Of a stretch of DNA of 64,000 nt, positions 62,771-64,000 are shown one piece after another (position 1 is the first letter of the stretch; every line of letters starts with the position of its first letter). The position numbers were made by a program, and so were the translations under genes. Source of the stretch: Hemiscyllium ocellatum (Eukaryota). The stretch is from assembly GCF_020745735.1 (NCBI RefSeq), contig NC_083427.1:1519438-1583437 (forward strand), in the 5' to 3' direction. The notes below the pieces were generated by a model. It made no database searches. It was not told the DNA's origin and saw nothing but the letters and a program-made list of their open reading frames with translations.

Positions 62771-63329
62771 GTCTCTGAGTTAGAAGAAGACATATTGGCA
62801 AGGGTTAATGAGAAGACCGAATGAACATTTATTTTTCGTAATTGGTTGCTCTTTACAATGTGGTGGTGAACATCTTCTTTGAATTGTTGCAGTGCCTTTG
62901 GTGAAGATATAACACAATATCTTCCAGGAGCAAGTTCCAGGATTTTTCCTCAGTGAAATCAGAGGACTTGTGATTGATTTGTCGGTGTCGATGGTGACTG
63001 CTGTGGAAGGGAACTTGCAGTTGGTGATGTGCAAGTGCAACTGAATCCATTGTCATTCTCCATGGAAGTCGAAGTAGATAGGAAGTTGCTGTTTAAAGAT
63101 ACTATTATAATTCGCGCCCTGTTGAATTTCTGTCATGCGGTTTGCACATTGTTCTTAGAGAGTACCATGAAATAAATGGCAAATGGTGGTGTATTCGCTG
63201 CCAATCAAATGACCTGTTTTCTTGAGTGTTGTCAGAGTTAACTGACCAGGCAAATCAAGAATCATCTGGAGTCTGTCGAGATTGGTCATGCACGAGGCAC
63301 TTCATATAATGACAGAATTCTGACAGATT

Positions 63330-63600
63330 AAAAAAGGCCATTCGGCCCAACATGTCTGCACACACTGCACACAGTTCCACTGTCTGCCACATCGTTGCAA
63401 TCCGGCAGTGGAGCTTTTGCCAAAACCAACTCCGAGCATGCAGTTCAGTGGACACCGTTGAGCACATCGTGATATTCGCAATGCAATGAGCCTGCACATA
63501 TTTGGACTTTTGGGGGAATCTACAGACACAAGGATAATATACAATCTCGACACAGACAGTCGCCGAGATCGAACCCAGTTAGTTATCCCTGAATTGAATT
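63330..63600 (-). mobile_element. Decayed HE1-like SINE / LINE tail
   Basis: aggccattcggccc tail and reverse-complement body (ttttgggggaatctacagacacaagg...acacagacagtcgccgag). Confidence 0.55.
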
Positions 63601-64000
63601 TCATTGAATTGAACTGAATTAGCATTACTATCACATGTTCTGGACAGAGAACAATTGTTTGCAAGTCACCACATAACAGGTTTAAGTCTTAGGTATAAGT
63701 CACCAAGATACAGATATTTATGTATTTGTTACTAAATAGAAAGAAAGGTGATCGTATGAATAAGTAGGAAAGTAAAATCATTCCTGTGCTGCTACTCGCT
63801 TTCTTTCATGCATATTTCATTGAACCAGTGTTGAACCCCTTTCATTGCTGTTGTTGCAAATTGGCTCTGCCGAGCTATGAGGTTGTAAGTTTGTTGGAGA
63901 AAAGTTCTCTCTGATACTTCTATGTGCCACTACACTGATGCCCCGTTTTGTTTTTCTAGATCTGTTCCGAGTCCATCTCGTTTAGCATGACAACTGTACA

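Noticed and set aside
1-64000. CRISPR arrays, rRNA genes, true tRNA genes, bacterial operons
   Set aside because: None seen; the window is spliced vertebrate DNA, and the tRNA-like heads belong to SINEs and lack full cloverleafs.

Overview
Shark (elasmobranch) genomic DNA containing one complete immunoglobulin new antigen receptor (IgNAR) heavy-chain cluster on the + strand. The V framework YFTKKG and the J motif EGxGTILTV resemble bamboo shark (Chiloscyllium) IgNAR; the species is inferred, not proven. Order: octamer/TATA promoter (~11.9 kb), leader, type II VNAR, D1, a second D element, J, C1-C5 with secretory tail, TM1 (45.1 kb) and TM2 (49.1 kb), embedded in dense CR1/other LINE, tRNA-SINE and Penelope-derived repeats. 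The main finding is in the D region. Where a third D would be expected there is a precise heptamer-to-heptamer RSS fusion (CACTGTG|CACAGTG, 13404-13417, 22-bp and 12-bp spacers), and the second D is flanked 12/12. This is the geometry of a RAG-mediated inversional D2-to-D3 join with both the coding joint and the signal joint retained on the chromosome. Flanking-sequence similarities inside the window independently support the inversion. Other highlights: an inverted-repeat element in the J-C1 intron with an intact-looking minimal hammerhead ribozyme core on each strand, and a decayed second copy of C4 and C5 at 59-60.6 kb. Ig exon and RSS coordinates were read base by base; repeat boundaries are approximate and family names come from motif recognition, not database searches.
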